Of a stretch of DNA of 64,000 nt, positions 10,388 through 19,498 are shown piece by piece (position 1 is the first letter of the stretch; every line of letters begins with the position of its first letter). The translations under genes and the position numbers were made by a program. Location of the stretch: NCBI GenBank assembly GCA_016180955.1, contig JACPAD010000001.1, positions 75,516 to 139,515 on the forward strand. The letters are read 5' to 3'. The notes beneath the pieces were generated by a model. It had not been told where the DNA came from. It did not search any database and was given only the letters and a program-made list of their open reading frames with translations. This stretch comes from Candidatus Zambryskiibacteriota bacterium. Lineage in GTDB: Bacteria > Patescibacteriota > Minisyncoccia > Phycocordibacterales > Zambryskibacteraceae.

Positions 10388-10969
10388 TTATCCAACTTGC
10401 CTAGTCCAATCTCGTGCAATACTTTCTATTCGCCCCACCTCAAGTTCTGGTAGCAAGCCTGTATGCATAATTATATTTCGAGATAATTCCAGATCGTTCA
10501 AACGAGAAGAAACCCAATGTTGGTCAGGGAATAAATCAGAAAAATCCTGCCAATTATTTATGATTAGCTGTGATAAATTCGCAAAAGTAGTATAACCAAT
10601 CATCGCTGATGCTCTAGGGGTATGATATTTATTTTTCTCCTCTTTCTCTTTTAAATCAGTTGACGCTTTTTTAATTTTTTCACTCACACAATTAGTTTCC
10701 CACCAACCAGCGCCGTGCCTCTCGCTAAGCCTATCGTCTATGAGCTCCCGAACAGCATTTTCAATACAATAAAACAAGGCATACACCGTGGCCATTCGAC
10801 TAGCCTCATGAATTAAAATCGGACTAAAGTCTGTTTCCTCTATCTTTGCTACAGGGCTTAGTGGAACGCGAATCCCAATTCCTTCATTTTCCAAAGTTTT
10901 CAGGTCCTGTTGAGCAAGAAGGCCATTGAAAACCATCTTTTTAAGACGCGAGACGTGATAATGCTTCAT
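10388..10969 (-). CDS. Swt1-like HEPN domain protein (putative RNase)
   Basis: FYCIENAVRELI N-terminal helix and RNIIMH (Rx4H) HEPN motif. Confidence 0.8.
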   Translation of the reverse strand: MKHYHVSRLKKMVFNGLLAQQDLKTLENEGIGIRVPLSPVAKIEETDFSPILIHEASRMATVYALFYCIENAVRELIDDRLSERHGAGWWETNCVSEKIKKASTDLKEKEEKNKYHTPRASAMIGYTTFANLSQLIINNWQDFSDLFPDQHWVSSRLNDLELSRNIIMHTGLLPELEVGRIESIARDWTRQVG

Positions 10970-11580
10970 TCTCCAAGTAAATTATCCCGAATACTCTTAA
11001 ATATTGCGTTATAAACGCTGATATCGGTAGTAGCTGGTAAGTGAATTTGAATGTTTTGACAGAATTCTATCTGTTTTCCATTCTCAATAGGCAATTTAAG
11101 TGGTAGCATAATATCCTTATCCTTTTTCTCATCAACTGGTTTTTCTTTCACGCGTGGAGAAACACCAAATTTTGCCAAAGCCGCAAGCGTCTTAAATGTT
11201 GCTAAGTATCTGCCAACACTTGCTTCATCCTTGCCCGTTGTACGTGAAATTGCTCCCTTAATTTCACTATCACTTGCTTTTTGGATTTCAGTATTAATAT
11301 TAAATAGATCCCGATATAACTCATTCATTCTTTCCCCAAGAACAAATTGCCAATCCGTCTCATCCTTGAGTCTGTCGTAATATTCTGTAGGCGTTCCCTC
11401 CTCCGTGATAAAACCAAGTCTTTTAAAAAGCGGGATAATGGCTCGGTCATTAGAGCTAGAAAATCCTAAATTTTTTAAAAATTCATGAGTGAATTTAGTA
11501 GGTTTAGCAGCAGTTCTTATTTTTGTAAGAATTGCCTCAATTTTGTTATTAGAAAGCATGTAAGGATATGAATCAGTCAT
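10966..11580 (-). CDS. DUF5343-like protein
   Basis: KPTKFTHEFLKNLGF.S.NDR, and C-terminal NIQIHLP.T.D..VY.AIF.S; 4-bp overlap with the HEPN gene. Confidence 0.75.
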   Translation of the reverse strand: MTDSYPYMLSNNKIEAILTKIRTAAKPTKFTHEFLKNLGFSSSNDRAIIPLFKRLGFITEEGTPTEYYDRLKDETDWQFVLGERMNELYRDLFNINTEIQKASDSEIKGAISRTTGKDEASVGRYLATFKTLAALAKFGVSPRVKEKPVDEKKDKDIMLPLKLPIENGKQIEFCQNIQIHLPATTDISVYNAIFKSIRDNLLGE

Positions 11581-11704
11581 GATGTTGTATTAAATAAATA
11601 AAAGATTTTGACAGGACGTATTACGAATTACAGAGCAAAGCTACTAAAGTGTAAGATATTTGTGTCAAACTGTAAATCAAGGGAGCTTCGCTAATGCGAA
11701 GAAC

Positions 11705-11738
11705 GTGCGCGCGAAAGGGCGGGTGGGTCAAGCGCACA
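11705..11738 (+). repeat. 34-bp structured direct repeat, copy 1 (partner 17779..17812)
   Basis: gtgcgcgcgaaagggcgggtgggtcaagcgcaca; 31/34 identical to copy 2. Confidence 0.85.
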
Positions 11739-11829
11739 CACGAAACAGAACGACCGACCCGAACCCAAGTATTTAAAAATCTCCCCTCCAAAATCTTCCG
11801 GCTTTGGATTTTCTGAACCCCACCCTCCA

Positions 11830-11913
11830 CGACCGGCGTATAGAAGATTCCCCTTTATTTCCATACTCGGCGCTCCGCGCCGCGCGCCAAAAATTCCCCG
11901 AAAATGAGGTGAG
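11830..11913. repeat. Right arm of 84-bp inverted repeat; relic recombinase 3' end
   Basis: Exact reverse complement of 8913..8996; overlaps gaggctgc (11911..11918) and is followed by a LYDPIRTYFQKL* frame. Confidence 0.95.
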
Positions 11914-12088
11914 GCTGCTTTGTATGACCCAATCCGAACCTATTTCCAGAAATTATAATGCAGATTAACCTTACCGCCCAGCGCCTTCGGCGCTGGGCTT
12001 GGCCTCGCCCCTTTCCGCTATCATACTTTCAATGTTGGCGGTGATAAGACTTTTTTGAATGGAATGAGCGGAAAGGGGCGAGAAAATT

Positions 12089-12730
12089 TTAAAACAAAAC
12101 ATTATTGTAAAATCTAAAAGATTTTGCTGGAGATTTAGTTAATCTAAAGCTCCTGACGTAGCTCTTGCCTCTAAAATTTTCCCATTTACCATCCCACTCT
12201 ACTAAAAATAAAAATCTTGTAGGTCTCAGAGCGTTTTTACTGACTATTACTATTTCAAATAAATAATTTCCTACCGGCAAAGCATTTCTAATTGTTCCAC
12301 TGGGATAACCCTCAGCCATAAGATGTAAAATTTCTTCATTGTCACAGATATAACAGACATCTAAGCGCCTAGAGTGTTTTGGTAGAATGTCAATTGGAGC
12401 TATTGATGGTTCGTGTGCCCACTTTAATTTAACAGGCGACCTAAAACTAGCTAATGCATTAAATTTTGAACCTTCTTTTTCCCAAATTTTAGTAATGTAT
12501 GCCTCGGCATTTCGAGAAACTTCAAATCCTCGATTTTTAACCATTAAATGTAGCCATAAGGACTGCGGTTTATTGGGGTGGTCGACAAGAGTAACTTCAT
12601 AATATGTTTCTGAAGGGACAAAAACTACTTTATGCTTAGACTTATAAAGCATCCATTGCAAAAAGGCATAAGGAATTGCAATTAAGGTAAGTAGTGAAGC
12701 TAACCAAGGAATTGTAATATTTTCTTCCAT
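12089..12730 (-). CDS. Membrane-anchored hypothetical protein
   Basis: N-terminal TM helix, beta-rich remainder; AT-rich. Confidence 0.7.
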   Translation of the reverse strand: MEENITIPWLASLLTLIAIPYAFLQWMLYKSKHKVVFVPSETYYEVTLVDHPNKPQSLWLHLMVKNRGFEVSRNAEAYITKIWEKEGSKFNALASFRSPVKLKWAHEPSIAPIDILPKHSRRLDVCYICDNEEILHLMAEGYPSGTIRNALPVGNYLFEIVIVSKNALRPTRFLFLVEWDGKWENFRGKSYVRSFRLTKSPAKSFRFYNNVLF

Positions 12731-12742
12731 TACTTCAAATTT

Positions 12743-13117
12743 TTATTCTGGTCTACAATAAAATTCCAATCTGTATCCGTTCGGGTCATCAAACCAGATA
12801 AATTCCTTATTTCCATACTTATCAATCTTCACTCCGTTATTATAGATACCAGCTTCATTAAGAACTTTCTCAAAACCTCTTAATTCTTCGGCAGTCCTCA
12901 CTCCAAAAGCCAAATGATTTAGACTACCTTTGTCTTTATCAATCTTTTGGAAGTCTCCATCAGACAACGCAAGGTATATCGTTGATTCTCCTATTTTATA
13001 TGCCATATATTCCTCATCTAAATGGGATGGGCTACCTAAAAAGGCAGTATAGAACTTCTCAGTTTCCTTAAGATCCTTAACTATCAAAACTATGTGGTCT
13101 ATGAATGAGGGTTTCAT
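12743..13117 (-). CDS. VOC/glyoxalase family protein
   Basis: IDHIVLIVKDL, LNHLAFGV, FDDPNGYRLEF. Confidence 0.92.
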   Translation of the reverse strand: MKPSFIDHIVLIVKDLKETEKFYTAFLGSPSHLDEEYMAYKIGESTIYLALSDGDFQKIDKDKGSLNHLAFGVRTAEELRGFEKVLNEAGIYNNGVKIDKYGNKEFIWFDDPNGYRLEFYCRPE

Positions 13118-13743
13118 TTCAAATTATTTAGCCTATCAAGTATTTGTTTTGTAAATTTTATTCTTTCCGCAGAAATAGAAGTGGTAAAAGAATTCAGCAA
13201 TTCATAAAAATCTTTGTCTTCTAATTTAATAACCCTGATTGCTTCTACGGGAGCTAAAGACCACTTATCTTGAAGTTCAAACCAGGCTCGTATGGCAAAT
13301 TCATAAAATACTCCAGCATAGAAAAATTCCACCATAGGATTATCACAATATTTTTCTATCTTGAGTTTCCAGCTATCTAATTTCTCAAATCGCTCCAAGA
13401 CACCATTTTTATATAGAGTTAGTGGACCTTTACTAAAATCTTCCTCTGTTTTAGTTAAAACTTTAGAGAGCTTACCCTCAGAGTTATCAAGCAGAATTTT
13501 TAACGGCCATAGTGGGCCTGACGGAATAGTTAGCGGTTTATCCTCGTCTGGCCAGTTCTTAAAAGTAATATCCAGACGCTCACCCTCAAAATCTATAAAC
13601 CCGCCATTTCCTTTCTTTGGACCAAGAAGAAATATATCCCAATCACTTCCGCTAGTTTCTTTTCCTTTTGCGCGAGAGCCGGCAAGAAGAATTACTTCTG
13701 GGTCGTGTTCTGTTTTGATGTATTTAATAATCTTGCCTTCCAT
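13114..13743 (-). CDS. Pol-beta-type nucleotidyltransferase with helical C-terminal domain
   Basis: GSRAKG...SDWD motif; third Asp in RLDI. Confidence 0.85.
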   Translation of the reverse strand: MEGKIIKYIKTEHDPEVILLAGSRAKGKETSGSDWDIFLLGPKKGNGGFIDFEGERLDITFKNWPDEDKPLTIPSGPLWPLKILLDNSEGKLSKVLTKTEEDFSKGPLTLYKNGVLERFEKLDSWKLKIEKYCDNPMVEFFYAGVFYEFAIRAWFELQDKWSLAPVEAIRVIKLEDKDFYELLNSFTTSISAERIKFTKQILDRLNNLK

Positions 13744-13851
13744 ACTTAAAAATTAACAGAAATTAGACTTTTTAGCTAACGGCTCAATGGGTTGAGCCGT
13801 TGATAAATTAGTAAGTTTCAAAAATGATGATTTTGTGGGATTATCTTATGC

Positions 13852-14535
13852 ATGGGAGGGACTATATACATCCTAATCAACGAGGCAATGCCTGGGTATG
13901 TCAAGATAGGAAAAACGACTAATTCAGTCGAGCAACGAATGCTTGAATTATCGCGCTCATCGGCCGTGCCAATGCCTTTTGAATGTTACTACGCGGCGGT
14001 GGTAAAAGACATGAATCAAGTAGAAAGAGCATTCCATGATGCTTTCGGCGACTACCGAATAAATCCGAAAAGAGAATTTTTTAATGTGGCTCCAGAACGA
14101 GTAGTTGCTATCCTCAAGCTACTCACCTTAAAAGAAGTTACACCTGGTAGAAATACTGGTATTGAGACAAAAGAGGATGCGATTGCTATTGAGATAGCAA
14201 GGAAAAAGCGATCGGCTTTCAATTTTAAAATGGTAGGTATTCCAGCCGGAGCGGAGCTTAAGTTTGTCCGTGATGAAAATATTATATGTATAGTAGCTCC
14301 AGACCAAAAACATGTTGTATTCGATGGTCGAGAGATGTCCTCCTCTGAAGCTGCCGCTTCAGCATTAGGTAGCAAGTGGTGGCCTCAAGGTCCTGGCTAC
14401 TGGACTTATAATGGGGAAACTTTAGATGCCCGTCGTTTGCGTATGGAAGAGGGTGATGAACCTACTCCGGAAGAAATAGAAGCTGCAGGTGACCAATGGC
14501 TATCATTGCAAGCAGATATAGCTAGAGGCAAATAA
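13852..14535 (+). CDS. GIY-YIG nuclease (T5orf172-like)
   Basis: IYILINEAMPGYVKIGKT, R..EL, KREFF. Confidence 0.88.
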   Translation: MGGTIYILINEAMPGYVKIGKTTNSVEQRMLELSRSSAVPMPFECYYAAVVKDMNQVERAFHDAFGDYRINPKREFFNVAPERVVAILKLLTLKEVTPGRNTGIETKEDAIAIEIARKKRSAFNFKMVGIPAGAELKFVRDENIICIVAPDQKHVVFDGREMSSSEAAASALGSKWWPQGPGYWTYNGETLDARRLRMEEGDEPTPEEIEAAGDQWLSLQADIARGK

Positions 14536-14539
14536 GTTT

Positions 14540-15682
14540 ATGGCAAACAAAAATCTTACAAATGCGAAACGGGCAAAGAACGACGAGTTTTATACCCAAT
14601 ATGGCGATATCCAAAAGGAAATTCAAGCATATTTGGATTTTAGTCCTAATGTATTTCGAGGCAAGGTAGTCTATTGCAACTGTGATGACCCATTCGAGAG
14701 CAACTTCTTTCGTTATTTTGTGCTTAATTTCAACAAGCTTGGATTAAAACAACTTATTACTACCAGCTACAAACCTTCGCCGATTGCCAATACGGAGCTT
14801 GTATTACAGTCTTCTCTTCTCCCTGGCTATGAAGGTAGTATCGTGAGAAAACCATCAGAATCAAAAGGTCGACCAAAAATAACTGCCAATAAATTTATTA
14901 TTAATGAAGTGCAGGATGTGGACGGCGACGGCGAGTTCAATTTGAAGGATGTTGCTAAGCAGTTAAAGGCAAACAAAAACAACGAATGGATGCCGCTTGA
15001 GAAAGATGGCGATTTCAGAAGTCCCGAGTGCGTAAAATTACTGGAGCAATCTGACATTATAGTGACAAATCCACCCTTTAGTCTATTCCGCGAATATGTT
15101 AAACAACTCTTTGATTACAACAAAAAGTTTGTCATTATCGGCAACATGAATGCAATTATGTATAAGGAAATTTTTCCATTGATGAAGGCCGATAAAATGT
15201 GGCTGGGTAATGGTTTCCATGCCGGAAACGCCTATTTTTCTACCCCTTTTGCCAAAGAATACGGTGAGGGCGTATACAATCCTGAAACAGGTTTGGTAAA
15301 GTTCAGAAATGTTTGTTGGTTTACGAACCTTGATCATGGGCGTCGTCATCAACCATTGCCACTTATGACAATGAGTGAGAATTTAAAATATAGTAAACAT
15401 AAGGAAATCAAAGGTAAAAAATCCTATGATAAATATGACAACTACGACGCAATAGAAGTTTCGTTTACTGACGCTATTCCCAGTGATTATGATGGCGTAA
15501 TGGGTGTGCCAGTTAGTTTTTTAGACAAATATTCACCAGAACAATTTGAAATTATAGGAACTAGCGCCAATGGATTAGTGAGTAATGAATGGAAGTCGCC
15601 ACATTTTAAAAAACATAATAATCCATTTATAGGTAAAAAGCCGATCTTCCAGAGAGTGCTGATAAGACACAGAAAAAAATAA
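14540..15682 (+). CDS. Adenine-specific DNA methyltransferase, EcoRI family
   Basis: KNDEFYT, YCNCDDP, GDFRS.EC, VTNPPFS, MGVP.SFLDKY. Confidence 0.93.
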   Translation: MANKNLTNAKRAKNDEFYTQYGDIQKEIQAYLDFSPNVFRGKVVYCNCDDPFESNFFRYFVLNFNKLGLKQLITTSYKPSPIANTELVLQSSLLPGYEGSIVRKPSESKGRPKITANKFIINEVQDVDGDGEFNLKDVAKQLKANKNNEWMPLEKDGDFRSPECVKLLEQSDIIVTNPPFSLFREYVKQLFDYNKKFVIIGNMNAIMYKEIFPLMKADKMWLGNGFHAGNAYFSTPFAKEYGEGVYNPETGLVKFRNVCWFTNLDHGRRHQPLPLMTMSENLKYSKHKEIKGKKSYDKYDNYDAIEVSFTDAIPSDYDGVMGVPVSFLDKYSPEQFEIIGTSANGLVSNEWKSPHFKKHNNPFIGKKPIFQRVLIRHRKK

Positions 15683-15683
15683 T

Positions 15684-16847
15684 ATGAAAACGACTCTAAA
15701 AACTAATATGACTGTCAAAGAAATCTGCGAAGGGTTCGTTTATAACGAACTTGAAGGTAAGGGTTTATTCGGGTTATCTGGCAAGCTTACAATTCAGCCA
15801 GAGTATCAGCGTAACTATATTTATGCAGAAGAAGGAAGGGAGACGGCAGTTATTGATTCAATCCTAAAAGGATATCCACTTGGGTTAATTTACTTCCATA
15901 AGGTTAATGATGATACTTTCGAAGTTTTAGATGGACAGCAACGTATCACCAGTATCGGGCGTTTTGTGAATGAAAAGTTTGCCATTAAAGATGAAAACGG
16001 GATGCAACAAAATTTTAGTGGTATGGCAGAGAACAAGAAAACCAAGATTTGGGAAACGAAATTACTCATTTACGAATGTGAGGGTGAAGAAAGTGAAATA
16101 AAAGATTGGTTTAAAACGATTAATATTGCTGGAATCCCACTTAGGAATCAGGAATTACTCAATGCTGTGTATTCTGGGTCATTCGTGACGTTAGCAAGAG
16201 AGGAATTTAGCAACCGCCAAAATGCGAACATTCAGAAATGGGGCGCATATATATCAGGCAGTGCGAACCGTCAGGATTTCTTAGAGCGAGCACTTGAATG
16301 GGTAAGTAAGGGAAATATTGAGGGCTATATGACGCTTCATCGTCACGATAAAAACATCACTGAGCTAAAGAAATATTTCAACAGCGTGATTGACTGGGTA
16401 TCTAGTGTGTTTACCGATGTAGAAAACGAAATGCGTGGGCTTGAGTGGGGGCGATTATACGAGGAGTATCACAAAAAGGCATATAGTCCGGCAAAAGTAT
16501 CGGCAGATGTGCGTAAGCTCTATGGCGATCCGTATATAAAAAATCGCAAAGGTATTTTTGAATATATTCTTGGCGGTTCAGTTGATACGAAGTTGCTAGA
16601 TGTTCGGATTTTTGATGAAACAATCAAAAGAGCTGTTTATGCAAAACAAACTAGCGAAGCTGAAACTAAAGAGAAATCAAACTGCCCGCATTGTGCTATT
16701 GGACACGATGCTAACAAGAGCAAGATTTGGAGTTTTGGCGAAATGGAAGCAGATCATGTATCCGCTTGGGTTAAAGGTGGTGCGACTTCAGCCAAGAATT
16801 GTCAGATGCTCTGCAAGACACATAATCGAGCAAAGGGTAATCGTTAA
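15684..16847 (+). CDS. DUF262 + HNH endonuclease (putative cognate restriction enzyme)
   Basis: QPEYQR, LDGQQR (DUF262); [18 protein letters not shown] (HNH). Confidence 0.9.
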   Translation: MKTTLKTNMTVKEICEGFVYNELEGKGLFGLSGKLTIQPEYQRNYIYAEEGRETAVIDSILKGYPLGLIYFHKVNDDTFEVLDGQQRITSIGRFVNEKFAIKDENGMQQNFSGMAENKKTKIWETKLLIYECEGEESEIKDWFKTINIAGIPLRNQELLNAVYSGSFVTLAREEFSNRQNANIQKWGAYISGSANRQDFLERALEWVSKGNIEGYMTLHRHDKNITELKKYFNSVIDWVSSVFTDVENEMRGLEWGRLYEEYHKKAYSPAKVSADVRKLYGDPYIKNRKGIFEYILGGSVDTKLLDVRIFDETIKRAVYAKQTSEAETKEKSNCPHCAIGHDANKSKIWSFGEMEADHVSAWVKGGATSAKNCQMLCKTHNRAKGNR

Positions 16848-16871
16848 AGAACTTTAGTGTAAAATTAAATT

Positions 16872-17159
16872 ATGTACTATATATTCACTCTAATTATCGG
16901 TTTTCTACTCGGTTATTTTATTGCTTCTAAAAAGCAGGAGGTCGGCTTCATTTCTAAGCAACAGGAAGAAAAGAAACGGAATAAACAAGCAATTTTTGAG
17001 CTTCTGGAAACTAATCACCCTCTTACCAATAACGATGTGGAAGTAATGCTTGGCATTTCTGACGCCACCGCCACCAGATATTTCGACGAGTTAGAGAAAG
17101 AAGGTAAAGTGCGCCAAGTGGGGAAAACTGGTCGATACGTGAATTACGAAAGAGTTTAA
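16872..17159 (+). CDS. Membrane-anchored winged-HTH protein (DUF977-like)
   Basis: N-terminal TM; TNNDVEVMLGISDATATRYFDELEKEG. Confidence 0.8.
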   Translation: MYYIFTLIIGFLLGYFIASKKQEVGFISKQQEEKKRNKQAIFELLETNHPLTNNDVEVMLGISDATATRYFDELEKEGKVRQVGKTGRYVNYERV

Positions 17160-17160
17160 A

Positions 17161-17739
17161 ATGGCAGAAGAAACTACAACTGAACCTGTAGCAAACGAGT
17201 CGGTTGCCGAACCTGCTCCGGTCCAACCTGAACCGGTAGTAATAACTCCACCCGCATCCGAATCAACTGCAGAACCGGCAGTGGTCGAGGAAACCCCAAC
17301 GCCTCAACCCGCTGAGCCGTTGAATCCAGAGCCGATTTTAGAACCCCCGTTGACTCCTGAACCTGTGCAAGAGCCAGCCATTGAAACTCCACCTATAACC
17401 CATAGTCCCGAGCCTGAATCGGTGTCCCAACCTGAATCTTCCGCTACTTCCGCACCTGTTACCGTTCCCGAACCACAAGTTATCGCCTCTGCTTTTTCAA
17501 TTAGCCGAGCTCACGAACTTCTGATCAAGGCTCGTGAAGCTATACAATTCCGCAAGCGTAAAAAGCTAGAAAAGATTATGAGTATGTTTCTGAAACAAAG
17601 CAGTATCACGAATGATGAAGTGGAGAAACTTTTGCATATCTCTGACGCAACAGCCACACGCTACCTAGACCAACTTGAACGTGAAGGAAAGATTAAGAAA
17701 GGGAATGCTGGAAAGTATCTGTCGTATTCCAGAATGTAA
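17161..17739 (+). CDS. Pro/Glu-rich protein with C-terminal winged HTH (DUF977-like)
   Basis: About 105-aa P/E-rich disordered N-terminus; TNDEVEKLLHISDATATRYLDQLEREG. Confidence 0.8.
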   Translation: MAEETTTEPVANESVAEPAPVQPEPVVITPPASESTAEPAVVEETPTPQPAEPLNPEPILEPPLTPEPVQEPAIETPPITHSPEPESVSQPESSATSAPVTVPEPQVIASAFSISRAHELLIKAREAIQFRKRKKLEKIMSMFLKQSSITNDEVEKLLHISDATATRYLDQLEREGKIKKGNAGKYLSYSRM

Positions 17740-17778
17740 GGGAGTATCTGCCGTATCCTCTCTGACCTACGGCAGATG

Positions 17779-17812
17779 GTGCGCGCGAACGGGAGGGTGG
17801 GTCAAGTGCACA
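17779..17812 (+). repeat. 34-bp structured direct repeat, copy 2
   Basis: gtgcgcgcgaacgggagggtgggtcaagtgcaca. Confidence 0.85.
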
Positions 17813-18116
17813 TGGATTTTGAGGCCTCGGGCATTTCCGCGACGGGCGTCCTGGCCAACGGGTGAGCATCGCCGCTAAACGAAGGTACTGACTAACGAAA
17901 CTTGCCACTAAACGCAGTAATGAAAACGAGGAAGGGGGTTGTGCAACGACGGAATCCGAAGGAACGAGGATGAGGAGGAGCTGGGGGAAGGATTCCTTCC
18001 TTTCCAACCTCTGGTTTAGTTTCTGATTTTATTGTTATGTAAAAATTAACAGAATCACTATTTTTTGCCAGAAACTTACCATCCATTATAATTTTCCTAT
18101 AGGATTGTTATGAAAA

Positions 18117-18148
18117 GGCCCCGCTCCGACTTCGGTCGGAGCGGGGCC
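18117..18148 (-). terminator. GC-rich hairpin terminator (repeat-family member)
   Basis: ggccccgctccgac-ttcg-gtcggagcggggcc with a short U tract on the minus strand. Confidence 0.8.
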
Positions 18149-18153
18149 ATGCA

Positions 18154-19131
18154 TTACTCAACTTGCGGTTCGATGTAACCGCCGGGGTTATCGTGACACA
18201 CCGTAATACCGGACGGCCACTCTTTCCTCTGCGCGCGTCGCGATGGTACGGGCAAGAATTCCCACTGAAGCTTCCCCGGCCAGAGGTCAATTTGAACGAC
18301 ACCCGGAGTATTCGTGACAACTTCTTCCCCTTCCCTTGCCCACTTGCGTTTCCCTTGCTCTGGATAGTGAGGAACGGCTCCGCCGGCGCCGGCGATGATG
18401 CCTTCGATACCGTAGACACTATCTACTCTCGGCGACCTTCCGTCGATTGGAAAGAGCGAGGGCAGCTTAGCAAACATATGTTCGTGGCCGACAAGATAGA
18501 AGTCCACGCCGTACTTAATGGACTTCCTGAATAACGGCCCAACCCATGACGGACTGGCGAATCGACCCGACGAAAACATCGGCCGGTGATACGCTGTCAG
18601 CACGCACTGGCGTTTGTAACGTTCCCGCAGTTCCCACTCCATCCAGTCCAGCTGTAATTTTGCCAGCGGATTGTTAAGCTTGCCGCCAGTAGTGCTCATC
18701 ACCTCGCTATTCAAGAGCATTACACTCCAGCCACCCCAGTCGAAGACCTGCCAGCCCTTCCCGCGCACACCGTGGTTAAAGGTGTAGTTGAAGAAGAATG
18801 GCACGCCTCCTACGGCCCGTACGCCATCATAGTCGTGATTACCCGGCAGGGAGTAGGCGACGCGTAGGATGGAACCGCAAGAGGTTCTCTCGAGACGTTC
18901 GTACGCTTCGGGAGTGCCTGCACTGCCATCATTGTCGTTAGAGATGTCTCCCAAGAGAAGCACGCGGGCCTGCGGATTCTCTTCCAACAGCCGCACCAGC
19001 ATCCGACAGACTTCTTCGGTATCAGGAGACTTACTGTCCAAATCCCCCACCGCGTAGAGCCGCGCGGGCAGTATCTGGGCCTGACCTAAAGCCGGCAGCA
19101 AAACGAAGAGAGCCAGAAGCAGTATTCTCAT
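18154..19131 (-). CDS. Secreted calcineurin-like metallophosphoesterase
   Basis: AVGD, LLGD, PGNHD, YHRP, GHEH motifs; signal peptide; GGAGG SD before ATG 19131. Confidence 0.9.
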   Translation of the reverse strand: MRILLLALFVLLPALGQAQILPARLYAVGDLDSKSPDTEEVCRMLVRLLEENPQARVLLLGDISNDNDGSAGTPEAYERLERTSCGSILRVAYSLPGNHDYDGVRAVGGVPFFFNYTFNHGVRGKGWQVFDWGGWSVMLLNSEVMSTTGGKLNNPLAKLQLDWMEWELRERYKRQCVLTAYHRPMFSSGRFASPSWVGPLFRKSIKYGVDFYLVGHEHMFAKLPSLFPIDGRSPRVDSVYGIEGIIAGAGGAVPHYPEQGKRKWAREGEEVVTNTPGVVQIDLWPGKLQWEFLPVPSRRAQRKEWPSGITVCHDNPGGYIEPQVE

Positions 19132-19254
19132 ATCGCCTCCAGTGAACGATTCTCTTTGTATTAGATACCCACGTCTTAAATTAAGCAAGTAAAAGGGAGC
19201 CTGTGTGCTCGGCTCCCCTTTGAATGTCTGAACTGGGTCTAGGTCTCCTTTCGT

Positions 19255-19434
19255 TTAGTCTCCGGCAGTGGGTGGTAGGAGTTTATTCACAAACTTCTCC
19301 GGTTTCTTCTCGGGTTGCGGATCAATCTGGACTCGGAACTCCTCCAACGTTTCAGCGTGACAATGCTGACACAAGCCAAAATATTTGCCGTTTCGCGCTC
19401 GGCACTTGTAACACTTCCACTCTCTGGTTTTCAT
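19255..19434 (-). CDS. Small Zn-finger protein
   Basis: WKCYKC...CQHC; hairpin at 19192..19220 downstream. Confidence 0.6.
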   Translation of the reverse strand: MKTREWKCYKCRARNGKYFGLCQHCHAETLEEFRVQIDPQPEKKPEKFVNKLLPPTAGD

Positions 19435-19498
19435 ACAGACCCCCGATACTAGACCCACAAGAGCGGCCTGTCCTGACTATAACATAAACACAACTTTT

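Larger units (their letters stand above)
8902..18080. mobile_element. tRNA-Gln-associated serine-recombinase island with defence and accessory cargo (right boundary approximate)
   Basis: Recombinase abuts the tRNA 3' end; AT-rich cargo; RM, HEPN and GIY-YIG genes; repeated boundary motifs. Confidence 0.8.

Noticed and set aside
13748-18054. 14-bp direct repeat aaaaattaacagaa as att sites
   Set aside because: Low-complexity AT-rich match unrelated to the tRNA end; could be chance.
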